This document shows positions 11,150-21,790 of a stretch of DNA of 64,000 bases, piece after piece. Numbering within the stretch: position 1 is the first letter of the stretch; each line of letters starts with the position of its first letter. Position numbers and translations under genes: made by a program. The notes beneath the pieces are model-generated. The model did not search any database. It had not been told where the DNA came from and was given only the letters and a program-made list of their open reading frames with translations. Origin of the DNA: Oikopleura dioica (lineage: Eukaryota > Animalia > Chordata); the NCBI GenBank assembly GCA_907165135.1, contig OU015566.1, positions 682,001-746,000 of the forward strand, in the 5' to 3' direction.

Positions 11150-11420
11150 AGTCTTCAGGAATTGACTGGACTCAGGACAGTTTCCGACGGTATTACTGAA
11201 CTGAGACCAGCTTTTGGAGGTATAACTAGGCTCGACCAGTATCCAGAGGTATTACTCGGCTCAGACCAGTTTCCAGAGGTTTTACTTGGAACAGGCGAGT
11301 TTCCAGAGTTATAACTGAGCTAAGGTCAGTTTTTGGAGGTATTTCTAGGCTCGGACCAGTTTTTCGAGGTTTTCATAGGATCAGGCCAGTTTCCGGAGGT
11401 ATTACTGAGTTTAGGACAGT
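11150..11420 (+). repeat. Degenerate 30-bp tandem array (GAGGTATTACTCGGCTCAGACCAGTTTCCA-like)
   Basis: GAGGT...G(A/G)CCAGTTT recurs every 30 bp; resembles the unit at 3975-4380; all minus-strand frames checked contain stops. Confidence 0.7.
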
Positions 11421-11734
11421 TTTTGAGTTTTCAACAGAGGTTTTCTTGCTCTCGGACCTTGGTCTTTTTCGAATTTCACAAAAGGTCTTTTGGAATTTCC
11501 AGAAAAGGCTTTTGCGAGTTCAAGAATATCAGTAATCTCAGTAAATTAAGTTTGCGAATATTTTAATTGAATACTACGACTCAAAAGGGCCTTATACTTG
11601 AGAGACTAAATTGTAAAGCTGAGATAAAGAAACACAAGATTTTGTTTAGATCTAATGAATTTATTTGTCGAAATTTGCACAAGAAATTGGATGAAAAAAG
11701 AACAAAGAAACTAAGGAGACGACAATGACGATGA

Positions 11735-12336
11735 TTACAGGCGTCGTTCAGCTCGGATGATTTGGCGGATATTTCGGTATTCGAAATCAGTCCGGCATAT
11801 AGGGCATCTGTTGTTCCTTTCTTCCTCAGGTTCCGCTTTGAGCGTTCTTAGACAATCAGCGCACGTGTAGTGAAGGCAGGGTGTAGGATCCTAAAATTTG
11901 TTATCAAAATATCAGTCTTGCTAACTACCATTTGTTTGTTTTCTTCCCAGCATATCACGCATTTTTTCTTTTCATCCTCCGAGATTTCTCGTGATGCAAG
12001 CTTGATTTGGCGAGATCTTATTATAATTGTACCAATGCAGGCACCCGGAGAAAAAGTTCGACAAAGTAATCTCGGGAGAAGCGGTGATCGAGCAACAAAA
12101 CGCTCCTCGGCGAATTCATCTGCGTTATCCATAAATTCTTTCCATTCAGATTTTGTATAAGGATAGTACCATCTCCCGAAACAGTCTTTACATTGTCCAC
12201 CAGGCACTGAATTTGTTTCAAGCTGAGCACGAGTGACTTCTCTGAATGTCGGAGATAGACTTGTCTTCTTACGACATATGCGACAGTAAATTATCGCATC
12301 TTCGTCTGTTATTTTGACAAGCTTAACAGCGAGCAT
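11735..12336 (-). CDS. Polinton-encoded RING-HC (C3HC4) E3 ubiquitin ligase-like protein with an N-terminal CxxC...CxxC zinc motif
   Basis: Removing intron 11891-11928 (or 11891-11925) gives CVICWEENKQMDPTPCLHYTCADCLRTLKAEPEEERNNRCPICR; the N-terminus has CRIC...CKDC. Confidence 0.85.
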
Positions 12337-12480
12337 TTTTCAGTTTGAACAGAAATATTTTCGATAATTTATACTTCCTATTTTAGCGCCATCAATGAGC
12401 GTTGATGAGCATGCAAATCGGATAAAATCAGTCTGCTGGAAAAGTCTGAGATAAAATGAACCGGAAAGGGTAAGGAGCTT

Positions 12481-15400
12481 ATGAAACGCTTTAATTTCTT
12501 TTTTCCGGGAATTAATCCTTGGATAGCTTTAGGAGAGATACAAAAACACAAAGAGAAATTCAAGAAATTTTTCAAAGATGGTAAGCTTTCTGACAGAAAA
12601 TTTCTAGCACACTGTCAGTCATTGACAATTTGTAATTCTTCTAAAACAAATGAAGAAATTATTGCGTTTTATCAACTTGAAATTGTGCGGGTAAGATCAA
12701 TGTCGAAACAGTCAATCAAGATCAAATTTGCTGACGATAATTTGATAACTAAAACAAGCATCTTTGTGGAAGAGAAGGAAGATTGTTTTTATTACTACAC
12801 GTTTGAAACTGTTTTGGAAAAATTAGTGAGAGCAAAAAAATGCTCATCGAAATTAGATTTTGCTTTCAAGATTGACGGGTTTGATATTTTTGATGGACCA
12901 AAAGATGTATTTGCAAGAAATCTTTCAAAAATTTCTGCTGAAATGAAGAGAGAAATCAATTTCTACGAGTATCTTTATATTGACACTTTTCATAAATTCA
13001 ATATTTTACAGTCTTTTAACCCAAAAAACTCTCTCCAAGAAAAGCCGTTGAATTTTCTTGTCAAAAAGCAAGATCTTGTCTCATCAAGCGAGCCTCTTCA
13101 GCTTAGATTTTTGTATAACATGGATGTTTTCTCCAATGTTTATAAATGCGAAAACCCTTCTTGTGGATACGAAAATGTTAAGAAATCAAATTTCGAGGCA
13201 CATGTTAAAGCTTGTCAACACAAAAAAGAAACGATACCACTCCAATGTCCATATGGCGATACAATTTATCCGATCGAAATAGCAATACGAGCTGGTTACC
13301 TTTCAGAAAGGATGAGAGGCTTTAGAAAGACTCGTTTCGGTAGACCTTGAATAACAAACTCTCCAAATTAAAAAATTTTAGTCACTTTCGACATCGAGAC
13401 AATGGAATGTCCAGTCAATACAACAAACAAAGTGACGACGATTCACGCTGAACTTCGCTTGCTTTCGATTGCTATCGGAAGTAACTTTGGCTACGAGAAA
13501 TTTTTCATTCGTAGATGTGACTCAAACGAAGGAGCGCAGCAACTCGTTGAAAAATTTCTTGACGAGCTTGAACTTCTTGCTTCAAATGAAAGAAATTATC
13601 TTCCAAGTGAGATTTTAGAAGCCATTCAAAAACTTGATGGAATTGACATAAAATTGGAGCCTGTTTCGATCAGGAAAAGAATAAGGTTTATAAAAAGAGA
13701 GCTCGAAAATTATTCAAAGATGAATGTCTTTGGATTCAATAGTTCTGGTTTTGATTTAAAAGTTTTAGCTCCATATATAATTCCTTTTCTTAAGACAAAG
13801 TATAAAGCGAAATTGGTTTGTATAAAAAAGGGAACCCAATATTTCACTATTTCCACCCCTTTTTATCAGTTTAAAGATGCTCGGCTATTTAGTTCTCCAA
13901 CAAACTTAGCTGGGTACTTAAAACAAGGTGGTATCACTGAGGTAAAGTCAATTTGGCCGTATGAAAAATATCACAGCGTGTTGGAAATTGTCAATGACAG
14001 GACATTTCCACCAATTGAGGACTTTTTCTCGAGCCTAAAGAATAAGGGAATCGATGAGGAAGAGTATGAAAAGTGCAAAAAGGAGTTTTATCAAAATCAA
14101 GCGATCAATCCGAATTATTCAATGGGACATTGGCTCCGCCATTATAACATCATGGATGTCACCCCATTTGCCAAGGCCATCGACAACCAGTTTCGTGTCT
14201 TCTTTGATGTTTTCAAGATCGATCCCTCATTCTGCATGAGTTTACCGAAATTCGCAATGGCTTGTGTTTTCCAGCGCTACTCCAAAGCTTCGCCCCTGAC
14301 ATGTAAGCAATTTTCTTATGGATATATATTCTTATTATTTATATCTAGACTCGTTTCACAGAAACTTCAAAAAAGAGCACCAACTTTTGCGTGAAAATAT
14401 TATCGGTGGGCTGGTTAACGTTTTTTCTCGCTACACTGAGCTCCGCCCGGATGTTGATGCCCCTAAAAATGCCAAATTTGCCCCGAACGGAGATCCCTTC
14501 ACGCGTATCGTCTTTTTGGATTTTAATGCCTTGTATTTGTTTGCTCAAAAGATGAGCTTACCGACAACGCCAGGTAAATTCAAAATGCAAAAATAAAGGT
14601 GAAATCGAAGAATGTTTAGGCATTACTTGGGAGAAGTTTGACAACGCCGTTTTCCGCAAAAGGATCATGTCTACGGGAAACAGTTTCGCAGCCCTGCAGT
14701 GGCTAACATTCATTGACGAATTTAGCCCCTTGCTTGTTCAATCAAATGGTGAAAGAGTTCCTTTGGAACATCAATATTTTAGGGGTGAACATCAAGTAGA
14801 GAACTTCAAAATCGACGGATATGCTAATGTCGATGGTCAACATCATTTTTTTGAATTTCTTGGATGTTATTACCATACTCACTGTGTTGACTGCAATCCA
14901 GGAGGAGCTGACAAGGAATGGGAGAAAAAGTTTCGTCGATTGAATGAACTAGGTCAGGTTCATGTAATGCGCGAGTGTGAATGGAATCAAAGAAGAAATG
15001 AAGCTCATTTGACAAAAATTTCCAGATATTGGGGTCATATTTTCAAATCGAAAGAAACAGAAAAAAGTCTGATAGAGGGTATAAAAAATGATCAAATTTA
15101 TGGATTCATAGTTGCTGATGTAACTTGTCCCAAAGAAGTATACGAGAAAATATCGTATCTCAATTTTCCACCAATTATAAAGAGAATGAAAATTACAGAT
15201 CAGCTTCTTAGTCCATACATGAAAAGCCAATTTAGTAAGCTTGGTAAAAATTGTGATCAGGAAACAGTTATTCAGACATACAATGGTAAGAAAATATTTC
15301 TTCTCACAACTCTGGCTAAATTCTATCTTGATATTGGTTTAGAGATAACAAATATAAGATCATTTACACAGTATAGAGCGTCAAAATCTTTAAGCGAATA

Positions 15401-16395
15401 TGCTGATTCTATAACAAATGGCCGAGTCAGCGCTCTAGACGAGAATCCTCCTAATAAAGCCCTTGCTTTGGCTTTTAAAACGATCGGTAACTGTGGAGGA
15501 TTCGGTAAAGCCATCGAAGTTGTTGATCGACCAAGTCTCAAATTTGATGATGAAAAACAACTAGCTAGATCAATAATTAAACCAACATTCAAATCAACAC
15601 AGCCTCTCTATCAAGAAAACGGAGAATACTCAATTTCAGAGGTTACTTTCGAAAAAAAGCGAATCAAAGACGACAAACCGACTGTTCTTGGAGTTGCTAT
15701 CCTTCAAAATTCAAAGCTTCACTTTCTGTCCTTCGTCTACAAATTTCTTCACAAGTATTTGAAGCCAGGATCATACAAGCTGAATTATTGTGATACAGAC
15801 AGTCTCGCAATATGTAAGTTATTATTAAATATTGCTTGTCTTATAAATATATCTAGCTTTTACCAGGAGTGAAGAATGTATCGACACGAATCGTTCAAAA
15901 ATGATGACTTCATTCTTACCTTGTGTTCACCAAGAGTTGAAATACGAGTTTCTCCAAGAATGTGGCAAATGGCTTGTTCTTGAAAACACCAACCTAAACG
16001 AGAAAACTCCTGGTCTCTTAAAATGTAAGAACCATTTTCTTAAAAGTAGAATTCAAATCTTTCTAGCTGAATGGGAGACAGATTCGGGAGCACTTGTTTG
16101 CCTCGGAAACAAAATGTATTTCGGCTATGATCCGAAAAATGACAAGGTTAAGCGATCAACAAAAGGAGTTCCGCATAACCAAGAGTTAAAACTGCAAGAA
16201 TTCCTTGATTGCTTGTATGGAAACATAGAAACAAATAATCGATTCACTTTGCGAACTCTACGCCCTACTACCAACAATGTTGTTAAACGAGTTTCAACTG
16301 AAAAAGTTCTACTTTCAAATTTATTTGTAAAAATGCGCGTCATGGATGATGGCATTACCTGCGAGCCACTGACCCTCGACGGCAAGCCGCTTTAA
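12481..16395 (+). CDS. polB: Protein-primed family B DNA polymerase (pPolB), 6 exons, about 1231 aa
   Basis: GT-AG introns 13340-13381, 14303-14348, 14574-14619, 15814-15856 and 16025-16066 give one 3696-nt frame with ExoI VTFDIET, ExoII FGFNSSGFD, motif A DFNALY, motif B KTIGNCGGFGK, motif C YCDTDS and an inserted DGY...FEFLGCYYH nuclease-like domain. Confidence 0.95.
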
Positions 16396-16508
16396 CTGTT
16401 TATTTCATCCATCTCCGAAAAAAAACAAGCTTCTTTATTTTTCACTGTTTTTTCCGCTAGAATAAATTTGTAAAGTCCATATAAACGTGATCAAAATTTC
16501 TCGTCGCT

Positions 16509-17054
16509 ATGCCATTCTATCAAAGTGAAAGAGTAGACCTAGAAGCAATTCGCAAAGAGTATGGTGGTACATACATTCCACTCTCTAAGGAGGAGCTTGA
16601 ATACTTTGAGAAAACGGAGAAGATGGGACAACTTCAGAATCGTGTTATCATTGCTCCTCCGAAACCAGGTCGGATCGTAGAACATGCTCACGTTAGACTA
16701 TTGATTAACAAGAACTTCGACTTGTTTAACGTTGTGGATGATCTATTCGAATTCATCTCACCGCCTTTTCGTTTTGGAATCGATTTTGCGTTTTTGCTGG
16801 AAAACCCCGTCACAGAAGATCCTGACTCACGTTTTCGATTTGTTTGGCCTCAAATCTCGACCTCTCTTCCAATAGAACCTAACCTTATCAAAAACAAGTC
16901 ATCGAAAAAAGAATTCTTGCAGAACATTCCAGATTGGACTGACATCCCTCGCCTCGTCGACATTACCCATCAAAATCAGAGCATGTTTCGAAAAAGCGGA
17001 TACAACATCACAAAACTCTTGACCTGTAGTCTTTACATAACAAAGATGAAATAA
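16509..17054 (+). CDS. Polinton ORF, 181 aa; candidate stand-alone terminal (priming) protein
   Basis: Clean ATG ORF downstream of pPolB; PFRFGIDFAFLLENP...RFRFVW...P.LIKN...FRKSGYNITKL resembles, from my recollection of the family, the N-terminal segment usually fused to Polinton pPolB. The product call is inference. Confidence 0.55.
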   Translation: MPFYQSERVDLEAIRKEYGGTYIPLSKEELEYFEKTEKMGQLQNRVIIAPPKPGRIVEHAHVRLLINKNFDLFNVVDDLFEFISPPFRFGIDFAFLLENPVTEDPDSRFRFVWPQISTSLPIEPNLIKNKSSKKEFLQNIPDWTDIPRLVDITHQNQSMFRKSGYNITKLLTCSLYITKMK

Positions 17055-17159
17055 ATGCATTTTAGTCTCAAAATAATTCAGAACACTTTCAAAGTTTGCA
17101 TGGCTGAGACTAATCGGAAGGGTCTAGATTCAGTTTGCCCGTTTATAGACTGTCGAGGA

Positions 17160-17900
17160 GAGACCTGTCAAGGGGTCTGAGGTCTGTCAGGGTGGACTAA
17201 GGCCAGTCAAGGGGTCAGAGGCCTGTCAAGGGGTCAGAGGCCTGTCAAGGGGTCAGAGACCTGTCAACGGGTCAGAGACCTATCAAGGGGTCTGAGGCCT
17301 GTCAGGGTGGACTAAGGCCAGTCAAGGGGTCAGAGGCCTGTCAACGGGTCAGAGGCCTGTCAAGGGGTCAGAGACCTGCCAACGGGTCAGAGGCCTGTCA
17401 AGGGGTCAGAGACCTGTCAACGGGTCAGAGACCTATCAAGGGGTCTGAGACCTATCAAGGGGTCTGAGGCCTGTCAGGGTGGACTAAGGCCTGTCAAGAG
17501 GCCAGAGGCCTGTCAACGGGTCAGAGGCCTGTCAAGGGGTCAGAGACCTGTCAACGGGTCAGAGACCTATCAAGGGGTCTGAGACCTATCAAGGGGTCTG
17601 AGACCTGTCAGGGTGGACTAAGGCCAGTCAAGGGGTCAGAGGCCTGTCAAGGGGTCAGAGGCCTGTCAAGGGGTCAGAGACCTGTCAACGGGTCAGAGAC
17701 CTATCAAGGGGTCTGAGGCCTGTCAGGGTGGACTAAGGCCAGTCAAGGGGTCAGAGGCCTGTCAACGGGTCTGAGGCCTGTCAGGGTGGACTAAGGCCAG
17801 TCAAGGGGTCAGAGGCCTGTCAAGGGGTCAGAGGCCTGTCAAGGGGTCAGAGACCTGTCAACGGGTCAGAGACCTGTCAATGGGTCAGAGCCCCGTCAGT
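17160..17900 (+). repeat. 19-bp minisatellite (GGCCTGTCAAGGGGTCAGA variants), about 38-39 units with higher-order blocks
   Basis: Period 19 is visible directly; variant units recur in blocks; no unique spacers. Confidence 0.95.
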
Positions 17901-17950
17901 CTGAGGTGAGTCTTTTTTGATTTTCTCATCGCCTAAGTCCAGTTATATCT

Positions 17951-18112
17951 CTCAGAGCTCCCCCGATCCCAAAAATACCTCTCTGAGCTCCCCGATCCCA
18001 AAAATACCTCTCTGAGCTCCCCGATCCCAAAAATACCTCTCTGAGCTCCCCGATCCCAAAAATACCTCTCAGAGCTCCCCCGATCCCAAAAATACCTCTC
18101 AGAACTGCTTTG
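17951..18112 (-). repeat. Five 29-30-bp tandem units containing CCCCGATCCCAAAAATACCTC
   Basis: The 21-bp core is the exact reverse complement of the core of the 3975-4380 array. Confidence 0.9.
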
Positions 18113-18292
18113 ATCCCATGAATGCCTGTGGAAACTAGAACTTACTCTATCGACAATGAATACAAATTAAAAAAGACTTGGAATTTTGTCACCAAAGTTT
18201 ATTTTCACCGAAAATTTTTATTTACAGGAGAGTTTCACCAGAATTTTTTTTATCAATTTTTTTTTAGTAAAAGGAAGGAGAAATGTTATATC

Positions 18293-18691
18293 TCAGAGTT
18301 CATTATCTTCTTTCTGAATCCAGCGAAAAACGTCTTTTGTCTTGCAGACAGGACAGTCATCGGAGAGGTCTTGTCGCTCGTATTTAAGAGTGAAATCTTT
18401 GAAATCAACGAAGTAAGATGAAACAATATTATTCTGCTCATCGTCGACCTTTTTAGGCGCCGTTCCAAGGATCTGTACAGGTATCCAGTTTTCTTTGCCA
18501 CTTTTTCTGTTTTTGTTCATTATCGCTATTTTCTCAAAAGCAAGAACATTATTTGTCACATTGACAGACGTGTAGTGGAGACGAACTTTTTGGCTTGAAT
18601 TTTCATCATCACCGCAGATACCGACAATATTGAGTAAGACACCACTTCTGTAAGAAGTGCAGCTAAAACTCTCAACTTTCTGCAAAAACAT
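18293..18691 (-). CDS. Polinton hypothetical protein (132 aa)
   Basis: ATG ORF co-oriented with the structural module; contains CPVC; no family recognised. Confidence 0.55.
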   Translation of the reverse strand: MFLQKVESFSCTSYRSGVLLNIVGICGDDENSSQKVRLHYTSVNVTNNVLAFEKIAIMNKNRKSGKENWIPVQILGTAPKKVDDEQNNIVSSYFVDFKDFTLKYERQDLSDDCPVCKTKDVFRWIQKEDNEL

Positions 18692-18956
18692 ATTTTTCTT
18701 ATTGTGAAGAGACTTGAAATTTTAGCCATGAGGTTCAAAAGCACTGGTTACTCCGTGCACATTTTGCTATCCTGGATATGTTTAGGAAAATAGCTCAAGC
18801 GGAACTTCGACATGCGAAAAAACAAATAAAGAAAGACAAACAAATTCATCACCCAATTTTATTATCACCAATTTTATGTACAGGAAGAATACACCGCAGT
18901 TTCTTTTTTTTTTGACATTTTTTGTTTTTCTTAAAAAAAATGAAAAATGATTTTGT

Positions 18957-19202
18957 TCAGTTCTTCAAACGTTTCGCTACATATCCATCAAGCATTGCAC
19001 AGATAAGACATTCTGGATGTCTATGATCCTCGTAATTCTTGTGACCTTTCATAATCGCAGCTTCTTCAGCAGTAACTTCTATAGTTTCTGTAGTCGAGTT
19101 AGCATACCCGCAAAAAAACTTTTTGATTTTATTCAAGAAGGACATTTTTCGAATGACGGGTGAATAAAACTTCGACATGAGGTTCGAAAAAGCTGATGGC
19201 AT
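18957..19202 (-). CDS. Polinton small hypothetical protein (start at 19202 or 19145)
   Basis: ATG ORF with an H..H..C..C motif (HRHPECLIC); no family recognised. Confidence 0.5.
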   Translation of the reverse strand: MPSAFSNLMSKFYSPVIRKMSFLNKIKKFFCGYANSTTETIEVTAEEAAIMKGHKNYEDHRHPECLICAMLDGYVAKRLKN

Positions 19203-19382
19203 ACGAGAGCATATTTTTTACTGAACCAGAAATTTTGATTATTGCCTGCTTGTAAATAGAAACTTGCTTCAAAGAAAGACCAAAGAGATAATCACCAAAC
19301 AAATTTATTACTCGAGTAAATAAAAAAATGAAAAGAAAAGGAAAGAAATTTTCAAGAGAGGGATCAAAAGAAGCAGAATTAA

Positions 19383-19775
19383 TTAGATTTTCTGGTCGAC
19401 TGGACGATTGAATCGGAAAGTGTAGGAAGGCTTGACATTGTGTTCTTTTTCCCAGTCGGATTGTTTGGCATCAGAAGTGGTGTAGAGATCTGCAGGACGT
19501 TGTGATTCTGTGTGCATTTGGAGAGCTTGGAAGACATTCGAGACTTCATCACCAGTCTTTGCAAACAGTCGTAAGTTGATCTCTTTGGTCGGTCGTGAAT
19601 AATCAAGGTCAGTTTCAAAACCAGGAATGTAAGTTCCCTTGACCCTGAAAAAGCCGCCCCCATTGTAGGAGCGAAAAGTGAAAGTTTTGATCGTGACAAA
19701 CATTTTGATAATGAGATGAGCGGGCAAAAGAAGACCAGAAGTTCTAAAGCGCTGGTTAATCAGTGCTCTATTCAT
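19383..19775 (-). CDS. Polinton hypothetical protein (130 aa) coupled to the MCP stop
   Basis: Its ATG overlaps the MCP TGA (ATGA at 19772-19775). Confidence 0.6.
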   Translation of the reverse strand: MNRALINQRFRTSGLLLPAHLIIKMFVTIKTFTFRSYNGGGFFRVKGTYIPGFETDLDYSRPTKEINLRLFAKTGDEVSNVFQALQMHTESQRPADLYTTSDAKQSDWEKEHNVKPSYTFRFNRPVDQKI

Positions 19776-21106
19776 AACCAGTGATTAATTATATGTTTAC
19801 TTACAAAGAAGGGTTTTTCAACTTGTTTATGTTCGTCAATCGTGAGCTTGGTCGAGACGATAGACCAAATAACGATTGAGTAATCATCTTCAAGTGGTGT
19901 GCTAAAATCGAAAGAGAAAGATAGCCAGCCTTGTGAGATTTCTTCTCCTTCAAACTCATGAGCAAAAATGTTGTTCACTTTGTAGTTTTCCATTGATACA
20001 ACATATGACAAATCAGCTTGACTAACTCGCCCAAGCGTGTCCAGATATTTCCAGTAGGGAAGAATCGGATATTGATTTGTGATTTTCTAAAGATAAGGAT
20101 AAAAAAAAAATAAGAAATTGAAAAGATAAACCTGAGGATATCCATTTAAAGATTGACCATTCAACATGACATTCACTTGAACAAGATTGTTGAAAAAGCT
20201 GAAATTCGAAGAATCAATTTTAGAAGATCCATGAAGAGCTTCTGTTTGAATCAGTCCAAAGAACAGATATGCAGGGGTATTTCCCCCAGTCACATTAAGA
20301 AGTTGCACATTTTTTCTTCCTTTTGGCAAACTCATTGTTGTTATCAAAGTATCATTGAATTTATATGTGATTGGCTTTGATTTGATTCTCCCAAAGTAGT
20401 TTCTCAGGCTCGGCGATGACACGTATTCAGCAATAGCGTAGGCATCAGTAATTTTAAGGACTTCTCCTGCTGGAAGCATATCAGTTTCATTCTCTCCGAT
20501 AAACATTGTCGAAAACTCATGTTTAAGACGATAAAGTGTAATTGAAAGATCTGTGTTTTGAGGAAGAGGTTTGTTCTCCATGAAAAAACCATGAGTCGGA
20601 AGGAAGATAAGTTCATAAATATAATTTCCGTTAGATGTTTCGTAACATTGTGGGCGTCGTCCATTTATAATCATTTTCTTTGAGTCACTATCAACAAGAT
20701 TCTCATAGTTGTATTCATCGTAGTACCCCTCAATCTGGAATGCGGAATTAACATAAAGTGGGTCGAAATTGACACGTTTGGTCAAGTAGTCTGCCAACAA
20801 GTAGTGAGAACTAAAGAAAAAATAATTATCAGAACAAAAATTAAGTCCTTACTTTGAATTTGAGTTATCGATAATCTGAGAATTCACCGCAACTTCAGTC
20901 TTTCCGAACTGTTTGCTAGCAAAGCCATTTGAAGGAATATAATTCTTGTCAAGCTCGATTGTGAAATGAATCGCAATTTTATTTTTCACAAGGAAAAGAT
21001 TCGGATCGGCGTCAAACTTAAAGCTAAGCCTTCCGGTCAAGCTGTCCTCTTCTCTTGGATAATGCCGTTTAACAACTTTTTGGTCGTAGTACTCAACTTC
21101 TGTCAT
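19772..21106 (-). CDS. Major capsid protein (double jelly-roll, Polinton PY-type), 3 exons, about 415 aa
   Basis: Introns 20811-20852 and 20087-20131 give a 1248-nt frame; GGNTPAYLFFGLIQTEALHGS...VQVNVMLNGQSLNGYP matches the Polinton MCP pattern; it lies next to the protease. Confidence 0.85.
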
Positions 21107-21158
21107 GATTTCAGTCTAAAAAGAGCAAAAAGTTAGACAATTATATCACCAATTTTAG

Positions 21159-21578
21159 TCACCAGAGTTGAGAAAGTTTGAAAAGAAGTAATTGATCGTT
21201 AACAGTAAAGGAATGAGTAAAGAGAGAAGAAAGTTTCTGTCGTGAATAAAGAGAACGGAAAATAACGAAGAAGCAAACATAAAAACCACAATAAAATGAC
21301 GAGTCTGACTGGGTTCTTTTATAAAAAAAGGTTTCTTTATCACCAAAAAAGTCAAAAAGCTGCGTAGGATATTTTTTAAGGCCTAAACTATCAAATATTT
21401 CAATTTTACTCTTTATAATTCGTAATGAGATCCAGTGAGAGCCTTTTGAAATTTCAGGCGATAAGTTGACAACAATAAAAGAAGGAAAATTTTCAATTTT
21501 GGGTAAAGTATCAATGGAGTAAACACCTTGAAAATGTTCAACTCGTTCTAAACGTTTCGCAATTAGGTATGAGTTCAT
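21159..21578 (-). CDS. Adenain-like cysteine protease (139 aa)
   Basis: GSHW, IFDSLG, Q.....YCG: His/Asp/Cys triad plus oxyanion Gln; ATG at 21578 overlaps the upstream stop. Confidence 0.93.
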   Translation of the reverse strand: MNSYLIAKRLERVEHFQGVYSIDTLPKIENFPSFIVVNLSPEISKGSHWISLRIIKSKIEIFDSLGLKKYPTQLFDFFGDKETFFYKRTQSDSSFYCGFYVCFFVIFRSLYSRQKLSSLFTHSFTVNDQLLLFKLSQLW

Positions 21579-21790
21579 GCTTTTTTCTTTTTCGATGATT
21601 TCTTTGATTTTTTCAAATCTTTTGTTGTTTGATTTCGTTTTTTCTTTGTTTTGGTATTTGGATGTTTTCGACCTGGTGTTAGCTTGAGTTTTGTTGGACC
21701 GTTTTTTGACTTTCGTTTGCCCGCGCCGGATTGAGATTTTGGAAACCATTTTTTTGGACGATTTTCAAGCGAGGCAATGATTGTTTTCAT
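21575..21790 (-). CDS. Small Lys-rich putative virion core (DNA-condensing) protein, 71 aa
   Basis: Very basic; has SQSGAG, resembling a protease maturation site; ATGA-coupled at both ends. Confidence 0.65.
   Translation of the reverse strand: MKTIIASLENRPKKWFPKSQSGAGKRKSKNGPTKLKLTPGRKHPNTKTKKKRNQTTKDLKKSKKSSKKKKA

Noticed and set aside
12481-16395. pPolB as a frameshifted pseudogene
   Set aside because: Every break is bounded by GT...AG at host-typical intron length, and removal restores motifs and frame.
17160-17900. CRISPR-like array
   Set aside because: Units are contiguous variants with no unique spacers, no cas genes are present, and the context is eukaryotic; it is a minisatellite.
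21579-21749. N-terminal extension of the protease ORF from a non-ATG start
   Set aside because: It is the alternate frame of the Lys-rich core gene; the ATG at 21578 in an ATGA overlap is the better start.
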